A DNA stretch of 64,000 bases, from the NCBI GenBank assembly GCA_951406725.2, contig OX597816.1, positions 93,868,001 through 93,932,000 on the forward strand, read 5' to 3'. The stretch is from Octopus vulgaris. Lineage: Eukaryota. Of this stretch, positions 13,841 through 28,209 are shown one piece after another (the stretch's first letter is position 1; the number at the start of each line of letters is the position of its first letter). A program made the translations under genes and the position numbers. The notes beneath the pieces are model-generated. The model was not told the DNA's origin and ran no database searches. It saw only the letters and a list, made by a program, of their open reading frames with translations.

Positions 13841-14129
13841 TATTGATACTTGTTTTACTGACCAGAGTGAATTGCTGTCAAAATCGACAACTATATGATT
13901 TGAACTTATGGCAGATTTGTTAGAAAAACTGTTTAATCCGGCATCCTTTCTTTATACCATCTATAAAACCTCCAATGAACTTAATTCCAAATTTTGGTCG
14001 ATTAACAATTGATTTAATCGTACGCCGTAAGATATTTTCACACAGTTATGATTTAACTACATTCTTCAAGCACTGAAACCCTACCACGAAGAATTGCTTT
14101 ACATAACCTCATCATCGCTCTCCAATCTT

Positions 14130-14133
<4 letters not shown>

Positions 14134-14182
<49 letters not shown>
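14134..14182. repeat. (CT)n microsatellite
   Basis: Pure CT run. Confidence 0.95.
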
Positions 14183-14186
<4 letters not shown>

Positions 14187-15002
14187 CTTCCATTTATAAT
14201 ATTTCTGTTTATTTTACTGAATTAAAGCTTGTAAACAAGATTGATAAAAGCATACCATGAGAACGACCAATTACCCAAAACGAAGAAAATAAGTTATCCT
14301 GTACATCACTATGTGGTTACTTCCGCACTAAATTCACTGATAGCTTTAAGGTTTAGAGTTAAATGTTATTATATACATAACACATGTTTAATGCTATGTG
14401 TTTTCTTTATTACATTATTCAACATTACTAGCCAATTTTTTTTAAAATTTTATCGCCCCTTAAAAATGAAAAGTAGACAGTGAATTAATATATCATGCTG
14501 TATTTGTGAGGCTTAATGTCTTAACTGAAGACTTGACATAATCTCATTTTCAATCGGCACCACAACCATTAAATTGGAAAAGGGAAAGAAAAAAAATCAT
14601 CTGTAAACGTGGGCTGAAATTTTGAAACCTAGAGCTAAATATTTATCTAATTAGGCAAGTTATACAAACATTCTTCTTAATGACACCAAAGCTACAATAT
14701 TCTTTAATTTCAATGTCGCCGCTGTAAGAGACCAATAAATCCAGCCCCTATCGGCTGAGTCGCCACTATAAAACTACCACACCCACTCCACCAACAATGA
14801 CTAAAAGAAAAAGGCCCTACATACTCTCTAGACCTGCTAGAAATAGTAAGCAAATCTCTTTCAAATGGCTTTGTACTAGAAAGGATAACACATTAGATAA
14901 TGTAGTCTTAGATACAATATGACGGGAAAAAATACATTTTGATCATGTCTATTCGATCAATACTGACCTGGAGTTAAATAACAAGATAGGTAATATTTTT
15001 CT

Positions 15003-15388
15003 TATTTCTTTATTGCCCACAAGGGGCTAAACATAAAGGAGACAAACAAGTACAGGAAAATGGATTAAGTCGATTATATCGACCCCAGTGTGTAATTGGG
15101 ACTTAATTAATCGACCCCGAAAGGATGAAAGGCAAAGTCGACCTCGGCGGAATTTGATCTCAGAACGTAACGGCAGACGAAATACCTATTTCTTTACTAC
15201 CCACAAGGGGCTAAACACAGAGAGGACAAACAAGGACAGACAAATGGATTAAGGCGATTATATCGACCCCGAAAGGATGAAAGGCAAAATCGACCTCGGC
15301 GGAATTTGAACTCAGAACGTAGCGGCAGGCGAAATACTGCTAAGCATTTTGCCCGGCGGGCTAACGTTTCTGGCAGCTCGCCACCTTA
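15003..15388 (-). mobile_element. SINE family A, dimer with tail-1 repeated
   Basis: Two core units, each accompanied by the cccacaaggggctaaaca tail. Confidence 0.9.
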
Positions 15389-15985
15389 ACGTGGTTATAT
15401 TTTTCTACTGTGCTATGTAGCAATCCAATCTTCCCCAACAAACATCTCACAATTTTTTAATTTTGGGACATCTTGCGATGATCGCTATCAGAAATAACTG
15501 AATAAATGTTTCTTTCTGATCAATACTGAACAAAATCATCGATCATTGTAGCACGTTTATCATGTCATATGGCATTGCTTCCTAACACTGGTTTAAGGTC
15601 TCTACTGGGAAGAAGACTAACAGAGGGTTAAAGAATAAAGCAGTGTTCAACAGCTCCACTCACTCTATCACAAAAAAAGAGTGTAGTTTAAGAATAACAT
15701 TACCGTTCAATTATTCTCCCTTTCACAGTTTTCAAATGGATGTAAATAGAGATCAGGCAGACGTTATTTGAGTAATCAAACCACCATCATTATTATCTCA
15801 ACCATATAGCAGTCTCAATTTCTTTTTTTTTTTTTTACTATTTCGGTGTTTTACGACATCAATTATTAGATTGCACCTTGCAGGCCAGAATTTATAAGCG
15901 AAGTCATAATGATCTCAGCTTCCTACTTCCTCGAGCCACTTGTTACAAAACACAAAAGGACACAACACATACACACAAATATTTA

Positions 15986-16025
<40 letters not shown>

Positions 16026-16254
16026 TGAGAATGTGTGTCTGTCTGTCTGTGCGTTTCCCTAAAACTTGAGAACTACACAAACAATTTCATTCAAATTTTA
16101 CACATGCCTTACTTAGGGTCCATGTAGTGTCATGGGCAAAAAAAATGTTTAACTTCTTGCCTAGCGCGAGCCCACAGCAATATCACATCTTCTCCACTAT
16201 TTCAGTATTACGTGTTAAAAGTGAAACAAAAGCATCTCTCTATTGTATGTATAT

Positions 16255-16259
16255 GGATG

Positions 16260-16346
<87 letters not shown>

Positions 16347-16458
16347 GTATATATATATATACATATACATATATATATACATATATATATATACATATAT
16401 ATACATATATATATATATATACATATACATATACATATATATATATATATATATATAC

Positions 16459-16503
<45 letters not shown>

Positions 16504-16645
16504 CATATACATATACATATACATATATATATATATATATACATACATATATATATACATATATATACATATATATATACACATCTATATACATATACAT
16601 ATATATACATATACATATACATATACGTATATATATATATATATA
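16255..16645. repeat. Compound (TA)n/(TACA) microsatellite
   Basis: ~390 bp of TA-based repeats; source of the YI-rich ORFs. Confidence 0.97.
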
Positions 16646-17112
16646 AAGCCTTGAAACTCTACTCTCTCCAGCGTCGCCGTGAGCGGTAATTCATTTGTAC
16701 GATGTGGAGAATATACCGCCAACTTTGCCCAAACGACCTGAACATTAGCTTCAAGGTTCATCCAAGACTAGGAACACGGGCCATACGTCCCCTGCCCAAT
16801 TCAAGATCACAGCATACATGTACACTGCAACATAATTTCTTTGCCTCAACAGGCCCTGCCCTATTTAACATTGTCCCAAAAGAGATCAAAGAGGAAAATG
16901 ATCCCATCAACTTTAAACGGAGTCTGGATAGATTCCTTCAAGGAATACCAGATAAGCCACCCATAATTGGATATAACTCACCCAACAAAAACTCACTACT
17001 TGAATGGACCATGAACAAAACTTGACTTAAACAGGGTTCAAATAATCCTATCAGGTTAACTATTAAGTTAGACATGGCCTGGACCAATCTTTGGTCGAAA
17101 CATATCTAAGTT
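16646..17112 (+). mobile_element. 3' end of a CR1/L2-group LINE (ORF2 C-terminus + 3' UTR), 5'-truncated
   Basis: [13 protein letters not shown], then WRIY...GPALFNIVPKEIK...FKRSLDRFLQGIPDKP...NSLLEW, typical of LINE ORF2 C-termini. Confidence 0.88.
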
Positions 17113-17136
17113 TATATATACATGTATATATATATA

Positions 17137-17557
17137 GGCGCAGGAGTGGCTGTGTGGTAAGTAGCTTGCTAACCAACCACATGGTTCCGGGTTCAGTCCC
17201 ACTGCGTGGCATCTTGGACAAGTGTCTTCTGCTATAGCCCCGGGCCGACCAATGCCTTGTGAGTGGATTTGGTAGACGGAAACTGAAAGAAGCCTGTCGT
17301 ATGTATGTATATATATGTATATAAGTGTGTGTGTATATGTTTGTGTGTCTGTGTTTGTGCCCCTAGCATTGCTTGACAACCGATGCTGGTGTGTTTACGT
17401 CCCCGTCCATTAGCGGTTCGGCAAAACAGACCGATAGAATAAGTACTGGGCTTACTAAGGGTGGGTCCCGGGGTCGATTTGCTAGACTGGGGGCAGTGCT
17501 CCAGCATGGCCGCAGTCAGATGACTGAAACAAGTGAAAGAGAGTAAAAAGAAAGAGA
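17137..17557 (+). mobile_element. tRNA-derived SINE family B (CORE-like), full copy
   Basis: Head ggcgcaggagtggctgtgtggtaag, B-box ggttcagtcc, CORE-like catcttggacaagtgtctt, internal TA/TG tract, tail gactgaaacaagt. Confidence 0.92.
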
Positions 17558-17559
17558 GA

Positions 17560-17631
17560 ATATATATATATATATACACATATATACATATATACATATA
17601 TATACATGTATATATATATATACATATATAT

Positions 17632-17666
<35 letters not shown>

Positions 17667-17701
17667 CATGTATATATATATACATATATATGCATATATA
17701 C

Positions 17702-17732
<31 letters not shown>

Positions 17733-17790
17733 CACATGTATATATATTTACATATATATACATATATACATATATATACATATATACATT

Positions 17791-17836
<46 letters not shown>

Positions 17837-18345
17837 TATACATATATATATACATATATATATATATACATACATATATATATACATATATATATATACA
17901 TATATATATACATATATATATACATATATATACATATATATATACATATATATATATATATACATATATAGACATACATATATATACATATATATATATA
18001 TATACATATATATATACATAAATATATATATACATATATATACATACATATACACACATATATATACATACACACATATATATACATACTTACATATATA
18101 TACATACATACATATACATACATACATATACATACACACATATACATACATATATACATATACAACATATATATACACATATATATATACACATGTATAT
18201 ATATAGATGTATATGTATATGTAAACATGTATGTCTAGATGTATATATAGATGTACATGTAACATGTACACATATATATATACACATATATATGCATACA
18301 TATATACACCCATACACACATACACACACACATCCACCACACACA
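17560..18345. repeat. Compound TA/CA-rich microsatellite
   Basis: ~790 bp of (TA)n interspersed with CA. Confidence 0.97.
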
Positions 18346-18351
18346 TACATA

Positions 18352-18650
18352 AGCGCAGGTGTGGCTGCGTGGTAACAAACACATGGTCCTCAGTTCAGTC
18401 CCACTGTGTGGAAACTTGACCAGTGTCTTCTGCTATAGCCTGAGACCAACCAAAGCCTGATCAATGGATTTTGTAGACAGAAACTGAAAGAAATCAATTG
18501 TATGTATATGTATGTATATATGTAAGTCTATGTGTCTGTCTTCGTGTTTCTCCCTCATCACTGCTTCACAACTGGTGTTCGTTTATTTACATCCCCATAA
18601 CCTACTGGTTTCACAAGAGGAAACTGATAGAATAAGTACCAGGTTTATCA
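18352..18650 (+). mobile_element. SINE family B, older truncated copy
   Basis: Diverged match to 17137-17460. Confidence 0.85.
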
Positions 18651-18722
18651 CAATATAAAACAGCACTACGAAATGTCTCATATTTTTGTTTGCCCACTCA
18701 GTTGTATCTATCAATTTATCTT

Positions 18723-18756
<34 letters not shown>

Positions 18757-18780
18757 TATACATATATATATACATATATG

Positions 18781-18857
<77 letters not shown>

Positions 18858-20012
18858 CTTGTACCGGTACTTCAAGTAACGACTAGGGTAGGGTAACTGA
18901 CTGCTTATTGTGATCATTCGTCTTTTGATTTCCTGTAGCTTTGCTCTCTTTTACAAACCCATTGAACATATATTTCCTATTTCAAAGAAATTCAAACAAT
19001 AGAAATAACACCCAAGTTAAAAAGATTTTCAACAATTCAACTTCTCTGGTTGACATTAAGATGCCCACCCCCAACAGGAGCCTTAACTCTCACATTTTAG
19101 AGCTCCATGACTTCCATTTTTTTAGGAGCAAAATTGTTTTAACAGGTTCAATAACACTGGAATTTTGGAATATGCGCATAAAAATCAGTAGTATGGGATA
19201 CATGTGGCAAGATTACAAATTTTTTAGGGTGTGTAAAGATGGAAATAACGCTCATCTGCAATTTTGATGAAATTCGAAACATAGAAATTCTAGTTCATTA
19301 CAGATAATATAACAGAAAAGTCTAATTCTTCATTTGAATGTAACCGGGCAACGCCGGGTATCTCTGCTAGTATATATAATAAATGCCAAAACGAATTTTT
19401 GCTTTTTTCTCAGAAAGACGTATGGTAAAATCAACTGCGATGGGATTTGAACTCAGAACTCAATTGAATTCTCGAAATTATTCGGTTTGGTTCTATCTTT
19501 CTTAAAATTCATTTCTCGGAAATTGAAATGATGGCAGGAAATCGAAGTAATGATATTGTTTTCAGTGATAACACTCTACTGATTTACTTTTACATACATA
19601 CACCCCACCACCCCCACCCACACACACACATCACACACACACATCACACACACACATCACACACACACATCACACACACATACACACACACATACATACA
19701 AATACACATACACACACAGAGTATGTATTTTAGTCGTTCCATTAACTGAACTGCCTACTTCTTGTATTAGCGTATGATGTGGTCGAGTATTCCACATATA
19801 TATGTGCTCCTAACGCAATGCTGACCTTATAAATTACAGGTATAATCCCTCCGAAGGGCTTCCACACATTTTCTATCTTTACAGTTTCATTAGACAGTCA
19901 TGGTTCGATTCGTGGCTATGGCGGAAGATACCTGCCCAAAATATTTCGCAGTAGAATTCTGAGACCTCATTATAACGGACTGAAATTAATAACCACCCAC
20001 CCATGTCAGTGT

Positions 20013-20079
<67 letters not shown>

Positions 20080-20113
20080 ACACACACATACTGAACTAAA
20101 GATTCCTGAAAGG

Positions 20114-20145
<32 letters not shown>

Positions 20146-20179
20146 AACTCAAATGTTTTTTAATATTCTTGCCAACTAT

Positions 20180-21085
20180 GGGTATAAGGCTCGAAATTTG
20201 GTACTCCAGTACTTCACTGCTCTTATTCCATCGACTCCGAAAGGATTATCAGAATTTGAATTCAGAACGTAAAGAGGACGAAATGCTGCTAAGCATTTTG
20301 TCCGGCGTGCTAACGATTCTGCCACCTCACCACCTTCGTATTTCTTAATATAATTAAAGCTTTCCTTGTATGCCTTGAAGTAAAATCTGTTAAGTAAAGC
20401 AGCCAGCTGGCAGAAGCGTTGGCAAGTCGAGCAAAATGCTTAGCGGTATTCTGTCCGTCCATACTTTTTGAATTAATATTCCGTCAAGGTCGACTTTACT
20501 TTTCATTCTTCTGGGGTAGATAAAATACGTACCAGTTGAACACTGGAGTTGATGTAGTCGACTTAGCCCTCTTTCCAGAAATTGCTGGCCTTGTGCCAAA
20601 ATGTGAAGCCATTTGAAACCAATTAAAAAAGAATGTAGCCAAAGATTGGACCAAATCCACAATTCAGTTTCGATTCCTGAAGGAAACCACGATATGGTTT
20701 CGATTTCTGATCGAAATGTATGAAGGTAACGAAATCCACTATACCCAGCTTTTGAGATTGTGGCTGTTTATGTTTAGTTAAAAGTAAGTATAATAATTTT
20801 TATTTATTTCTAATTGAATCTGTTGCGCGTATCTCTTAATACTCTCTTTGGGAAGTACTTCAACATCAATTGTAATTTTTCTTCTTCCCTGAAATGCAAG
20901 AAGGCGGCTAGCTGGCTGAATTGTTGGCACGTTAGACAAAATACCTATCGGCGTCTTTTACTGCGCTTTACGATCTGAGTTCAAATCCCAGCGAGGTCAA
21001 TTTTACCTTTCACCCCTTTGGGATCGGTTAGGTAAAGTACCAATGAAGTAATGGTGTCGATGCAATTGACTTGTCTCTCCCCTAC
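20180..21085. mobile_element. Cluster of older SINE family A copies (20180-20336 minus; 20398-20620 plus; 20901-21085 plus)
   Basis: Recognisable heads and degenerate cores in each copy. Confidence 0.75.
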
Positions 21086-24077
21086 CTTCATCATTGCTGG
21101 CTTTGAACCCTGCATCTGTTCGATAGAATGTTGTGGTCCCTTATACGGGAAATCGGATAACGAGCCTTATGAGTCATAAGGCAAAAACAAAACAAAGAAG
21201 TAATAGTAAATAACATACAAACTATGTACAGTTTATCAAAAGGAAAATATTTGTCTAAAAACCCAACGCAAAAACCCTTCGAAAAAGATTTTATAGTCAC
21301 GTCATCCTATTTTTCCATCACATAAATATTGAGTATTGCGTCTTGTCAGATTTTTTTTAATGAAACGAGTGCCATAGACCAAAATGCTTGCTCATGACAA
21401 GTCGAAATCATTACGTGGTTTCGATTACCGAATTACAAAAAATTCATTTCATTTACGCAGCTAATGTATTTGAAAGAAAACACGAGAATCACAAGCGTGC
21501 AGCTTTTTTTTTTTTTTTTTTTTACTCAATTACAGGGTTTTTATACCATAGCCGAAAGGAGCTAAAATTATTGTCCCATATTCCTTACTTCTAAAGTCCC
21601 CGAGAAAGGCATAAACGTCACCACATTTCTTTGTACTCGCTCAAAAGAGAAATCAATATTACTATTCTGTTTTAATTAGACAAGGCAACAAGAACACATA
21701 AAACAATAGTTAAGATGGATAAGTAATAAACATATTTGCTGTATGGTAATTAGCTTTGGCGACGAGCTCCAGAATGTAATAAGGCGCCAAAAGAGAAACG
21801 CTACTTTAGCTAGCCGAAATCAAATATGTAAAGAAACATTTTGTTGCTTTTCTTTCTTTCTTTCTTTCATCCATTATTTATTTATTTATTTATTTACTTA
21901 TTTGTTTATTTACTTATTTGTTTATTTTCTTATGTATTTATTGGTGAGATTATGGTCTCCTTTAACTTTGTTTCTGTTTGTTTCCATTTTAATTCCAGTA
22001 TCGTAAAAAGAACAGACAACAAATAAACTACTACTACTACTACTACTACTACGACTAGTAGTAGTAGTAGTAGTAGTAATCTGTTCTTTGTACAAAGCGA
22101 AAATACATTACAATATAGTCTATTACACTAAAACATAAAATAGGGCCAACTACAAACGTATGCGTGTGTGTTCGGGCCCACAAACATACACACACAGACA
22201 CACACACATATACACACATATACATACATATATATATACATACATGCATACATACATACATACATACATACACACATACATATTTTTAAATAAAGCGGAA
22301 CGTGGTAATGCAAAGAATATTCTCGTGAGTCAGAATACAAGTTTGAAACACGGTGGGAGTAGAACTTACGTCTCATTCTAATGTTCCTGGGCAACGATCA
22401 CTCTACAATACGTCTCACCAGGCATTTACAACCTACGAAAGTGTAATTGTCCCAGCAGGCATCGAATATCCCCATCGTAGCACATGCACTATCTAATCGA
22501 CTCGATTAGACAGCGAAATCTCTTTCCTGCACTATATACACTGTGAAATCCCTTCCCTATAAAATATAATAATTAAACGCAAACAGCAAGATACGAAGTA
22601 CGAGGCAGAACATTCACGTCACACGAGTGAAAACGATATCAAAATTCGATATGTGTTTGAATAAAAGATAATACTGTGGAAAGTGTATTTCTATCAAAGT
22701 CACATAGTAAACTGTTCATCACAACTAGAACATCTACAAGAAGACATGGGAACGATTCACACCAGATTTTCAAATGCTTGTTTGCTTTCATACGCGTATA
22801 ATTTATAAAAGCAAGTTTCACTTCGTTTAAGATATGCATACATGTAATCGCCATTAATCCTCGTTTAATCAACAATAAATTTAATTCAATTGAAGTATAA
22901 GTGGAATTTTTAAACGAATAAGAAAATTACTATCACACTGCAGGGATTAGTGCTACACAAAACCGCAAACAAGCTTCCTTTTCAACCTTGGACTAAAAAT
23001 TATAAGAGCGAATTTTTCAACTTCGGTTAATGTGTTACACTCACCAAAAATAGGTATGCTACGAGGTTGCTTGATCTTACAGAAATAGCTACCAAATCTT
23101 CTTCAAAATACATCCTATCTTGGTAAAAGAGAAAAGGACGAAGAGCCTAATGAGGCTCTGGATGCCTGAAATGAAATTAAACGAGACGTTCACAGCAACA
23201 ATGCTTATCATCGTAAGTCCATACAATAAGGTTTGAGCTGATGCCAAACAACAATATTTCGTAAAATCCATACGCGAAGACGGAAATTTTCGGTGACTTT
23301 TTTTTTCTCATCAAAGGATGATAAAAGATTTTGAAGGGTTTTCTCTGATAAGAAAAAAATGGAGTCAAACAATAACTGTTTACTAGGGTGCATAACGACA
23401 TACACCAAGAATACCACTTCAGACTTCAGCTGTCATAGGCCCCATATTTGGTCATTCGTTCTGCCAGGAATAATATTCAAATCTTTAAATCCACCATGTT
23501 GCGAATAAAGGACGCGTTTATAACGTAGTCCTTGATATAATCTCTGGAAATATAGGATGGTTGAGGTTGTAACACATTTGATAATAGATAAAGTTATTCC
23601 TGGCACCTTGAAGCTAATCAACAATAACTTTTGACAAATATTGTGTCAACTCACCAGCAGTCACAAACTTGGTGGCCGTTTCACTACAATGCATTTAAAA
23701 CGACAGAAGAGAAGGGAAGACTACATTGATACATTCCATAAGCCCTTTCGTTTCCTAAAATACAGTAACACCATTTGATAATTTGCCAAGAGGATCTTTA
23801 ATTTTGTAGATCCCACCTTACTCCTTATTTGTTGTTCTTCAGTAACAGAAGATGTGGAAGTAACATTACGGCTGAAAGAAAAGCCAAGTACATCTGATGG
23901 TTATTTTGTTTCAAACTCCAAACAGCACAAAACAATTCCCCTCAAAACGTTCCTTCTCCACTCCACCGTCAGTTATGAAACCTTCGTTCACTATCTCTAC
24001 AAAGTGATTAATGTTATGGTGTTTCATCTCTCTCTCTCTCCCTCGCCCTCTCTCACCCCCTCCCCCCCCCTCCCCCT

Positions 24078-24121
<44 letters not shown>

Positions 24122-24229
24122 CAGAGAATTCCTAAATTAACTTGTATTGTCACCAAAAGCTTTGTTTTAATCTTTCTCTTTCAAATTAAAACTCCGCTTA
24201 AATTATTTAACATATGGACTGATACTACA

Positions 24230-25060
24230 ACATATACCGTTGTAAAACTCGAGCAACTCTCTCAAACTGCCATCTATCAATCATCTGTCACCATTCATCC
24301 TAAGTTCCATCTTAAAGTCAATGGAACTAGGCGTTATCAACGACCTGTTTTAAGTCTTTAAATATTTTTCTCTTCTCAGTTATCACAAGTAACTTTGCAA
24401 GATCACACCAGTTGTTTCTTGCTCCTGAACTTAATGAAAATATTGTCTTACTCTTGAAATCGACAAAAATTTCGACTCCCTAACACAGTAACCTCCAGGC
24501 TAAACTGCTCGCATACGGCTTCCACCTGTCTTACATCGAGTGTTACCTATCAAACTGCACCATTGCAAAATGCACTGATTCTCTCTATATTACCTTTCAC
24601 TCCCAACTCAATCAGTTTGGGTGTGCAACAACAATCGGTAATGTCTCCCATAAACTTTTTTCTCTGTACATTAATGATCTACATGATGGTACTTAAAGCT
24701 GATTACACTCTTATACAGATGATAATCTACTTCATACCTCCTTAAACCTCAGTACACAGGCGTCACTCACACTTAAGTGAGACACCTCATACAGCGTATG
24801 TATATATTTCTTGTACAATGACCTCAAAAAATCCTCCAATAAGTACATGATAAACTTGTTTCCTTCACAATTACTAAAAGCACCAAAGAAACTGCGTTAC
24901 ACTACACTTTCTTTTTGGGTAAATAATATTCAAATTAATGATATTCAAATCAGCAAGATCGTTTAGATTTCATAATCACTGATAATCACTCGTGGGGACT
25001 TTGATATTAGAAATGGATCACGAAATGTTTGCCAAGGCAAGCTAGACGATCATAAGGTTG
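24230..25060 (+). mobile_element. Highly decayed LINE reverse transcriptase fossil
   Basis: Across frames: EIDKNFDS..AKLLAYG (~DISKAFD..KL.SYG), LGVQQQSVMSP..LYINDL (~GVPQGSVLSP..INDL), HSYTDD (~YADD). Confidence 0.7.
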
Positions 25061-25944
25061 TTTTTTGTTGTGTTTTTATTCTTTATATGGCCATGTTCAA
25101 AGCGAGATAGGAAACCCAAGATAATGGAATTTCAAAATAAAACAACTTCTTCAATTCAGAAATTGCTTGTGTTTTATGATATGACATATGGTGATGGTGG
25201 ATGTAGTTTTGTTTGTACTGTAGAGTTAGCAATGTGTGATTTTATTGTGCAGATGTCAGTCTTCGGTTGGAAAGCTCATAATGGAAAGAAGGCATTCATT
25301 TAGACCATATCAATATCCTTGATCCCGGAAGTGTGGGGTGGGAATCAACCGCTCCCACTCCATCTTTCTCTTCCGCTTCAAGAGAAAATTTACAGAAAAA
25401 AAAAACTGATGAGGGACTGATCGAAGAGGAAAGTGTTTTTATTAAAGCTAAGTATAAAACACGTGTCAAATATGGCGGCCTTTACACACAAGATGGCGGA
25501 AAAGCCTAAATTTTGATTGATCGGTTTCAGAGCTTACTTTGGAGAACTAACTGCTTTGTTCTCATTTTCATACTGAAGTGGATTCCTTCAGTGGCAAACT
25601 TCCTACCGCCTATGCGTACTTGGTGGGAAAATATTCAAAAAAGCTACTTCTCCAAGTTAATCCACCTAAAGCTTAAGAATATCTTTCTGTAATTCTTTTA
25701 GAAGAATTAACAGTCAAGTTGTCCATTCAGAGAATGTTTTTCAGACCATTATTATTTGCTTCAGAACTGAAAATAGGTTGCATTTTCTGGTTTTTAAACA
25801 TGGAAACGTCGGACCAATCCAAAAGTCCTAGACAACCAGCTGACACATATAGCATCTTTAAAGTGTATTTTTCTTTTTTCCAAATGGGTCTGTGGTCAAG
25901 ATTTTCGTTGGTCCAACACGTCGAGTGTAGTTGAGGATCAGAAA

Positions 25945-26067
25945 AGGTCGACTTTGCCTTTCATCCTTTCGGGGTCTATAAACAACGTACCAGTTGCGCA
26001 CTAGGGCCGATCTAATCGACTGACCTCCTCCCCCAAAATTTCGGGCCTTCAGCCTAAAGTAGAAAAG

Positions 26068-26132
<65 letters not shown>

Positions 26133-26555
26133 CATCATCATTATTATTATGCCGCGAGGATGAGGAATCGTTAGCAGGCCGGGTAAAATGCTTAGCATTT
26201 CGTCCGTCTTTACGTTCTGAGTTCAAATTCCTCCAAGGTTGACTTTGCCTTTCATACTTTCGGGGTCAATAAATTAAGTACCAGTTGAGTACTGGGGTCG
26301 ATGCAATTGACAATCCCTCATTAGAAAATTTCAGGCCCAGTGCCTACAGTATTAGTAGAAATGTTACCGCGCTGGACAACTCCTTAACGGTATGTCATCT
26401 ATCTTCACGTTCTGAGTTCAAGTGCTGCCGAGGTCGACTTTGCCTTTCATTGCTTCGGGGCCAAAAAATAAGCACCACTGGAGTACTGGGGTTCATGTAA
26501 TCGACTTACACCCTCCTCCGAAACTGCTGGCCTTGTGTCAAAATTTGAAACTAAT
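25945..26555 (+). mobile_element. Three SINE family A pieces in tandem, separated by an (ATT)n tract at 26068-26150
   Basis: Core gactttgcctttcat at ~25950, ~26240 and ~26435. Confidence 0.85.
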
Positions 26556-27187
26556 ACTGTATAGCATGTATTTTTATCATTCCATTCTCTGTAAATCCCC
26601 ACTCTTTATGTCCATCTTCGTATTGTACTCTTCATCTGTCACTCTGGCGACAAATAAAAGAATTCATCGCCATCGTCATCATTATCATCGTTATCATTAT
26701 CATGATCATGATCATCATCATCATCATCACCATTATTATTGTTATCTCTATTATTATAAATGAGCGTTTTGTTTAGGATACGACCTTTCTTGTGGAAGTT
26801 CAAAAGAAAACAAACCAAAACTTGGTAACATTGGAAAATATTGAACGAAAATAAAATATGAAAAGACACAAAATGATAGAAAGTTTAGCGGATAAAATTA
26901 CTACAACTATTACTACTAAAATTCTGTTACTAGCAGCAGTTGGCAGCAACCTACTATATACAAGTAAAATTAACCCACACAGTTGAATTTTTTAAACGAA
27001 ACCCTATCTATTACAAAATAGCATTAGAAATATCAAAATCTATTTGAAAATAAACAACATCAAAATGACCATGCTTATGTATAATATTGTATTATCCTCA
27101 AGTAGCCAAATGGTACCAGACTATAACTGCATCATCACACCGAGTTGATTCACAAGACGAGTGAGTTATTATTGAGTGAGTCAGTAA

Positions 27188-27189
<2 letters not shown>

Positions 27190-27232
<43 letters not shown>

Positions 27233-27296
27233 TGGTGAGGAAAAAGATGAGAGAGACGGTGAGAAAAAGCAAGAGGTGTGAGGGAATGAGAGAAAC

Positions 27297-27329
<33 letters not shown>

Positions 27330-27540
27330 AAGAAAGTGTATGTAGTAAAAAGAAGATGAGAGAGATGGTGAGAAAGAGTAAGATAATTGTAAGAGAATGA
27401 GAAAAATAGAGAGAGAGAGAGGGAGAGAAATTAGTGAGAAAAAGAGATAGTAAGAAGAAGCAAGCAGTGTGAGGGAATGAGAGAAATAGAGAGAGAGAGA
27501 AAGAAATAAAAACAGACAGAGAAAGAGAGAGAGGGAGACA
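27190..27540. repeat. AG-rich low-complexity tract
   Basis: Degenerate (AG)n blocks. Confidence 0.9.
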
Positions 27541-28110
27541 AAATCAGACGTATTACATGCGATAGTAAGGATAGGAAGACGGGTAGAGACATTACCAATC
27601 ATTTGTAAATTAATGCGAAATTAGCAGAAATAATGTAAGCACATCCGAAATGAAATTGAAATAATAACAGAATAAAGTATAGCATATAAAAAATGTGTCT
27701 CGTGTTGAAATCATGTAATATCTGTTAAATAAAGCGTCCATAGTCTGGGCGTCTCGTTGTTGGTGACCATGAGCCATTTCTATGGGAATTTCACTTAAAA
27801 ACCAATTTAGATGATATGAAATTGACCAAAGGCTACTACCTCATTGCTTATGTATATCTGCATACATTACATCCCCCCCCACACACACACACAAACACAC
27901 ACATACATATGTATGCGTGTATGCATATTTACACATATACTCACACATATTTGCAAGCATATACATGTGCATATATATGTCTGTGCATTTAAATTCATGT
28001 GGATATGTATATGTGTATGCAAGCGCACTTGCATGCATATATATCCGTATAAATATGTGTGTATGTGTCTGTACTGGTAACACAAGACGATGATGACGTT
28101 GGTAATAATA

Positions 28111-28145
<35 letters not shown>

Positions 28146-28169
28146 AATAATAACAATAATAATAATAAC

Positions 28170-28209
<40 letters not shown>

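Larger units (their letters stand above)
16010..19370 (+). mobile_element. Non-autonomous Helitron interrupted by nested insertions
   Basis: Helitron-like 5' end (tatatataaaactgagaatgtgtgtctgtctgtctg). The 3' end is a GC hairpin accgggcaacgccgggt (19343-19359), then CTAG (19367-19370) followed by T. The 5' TC is not visible inside the (TA)n run, and joining the two ends into one element is inference. Confidence 0.65.

Noticed and set aside
16127-18382. Long YI/HT/CV-rich ORFs (up to 288 aa) here and throughout the window
   Set aside because: They are translations of TA/CA/TG microsatellites that lack stop codons, not genes.
22560-22960. Possible Penelope GIY-YIG C-terminus (RKLLSHCR)
   Set aside because: Only one short motif; insufficient support.
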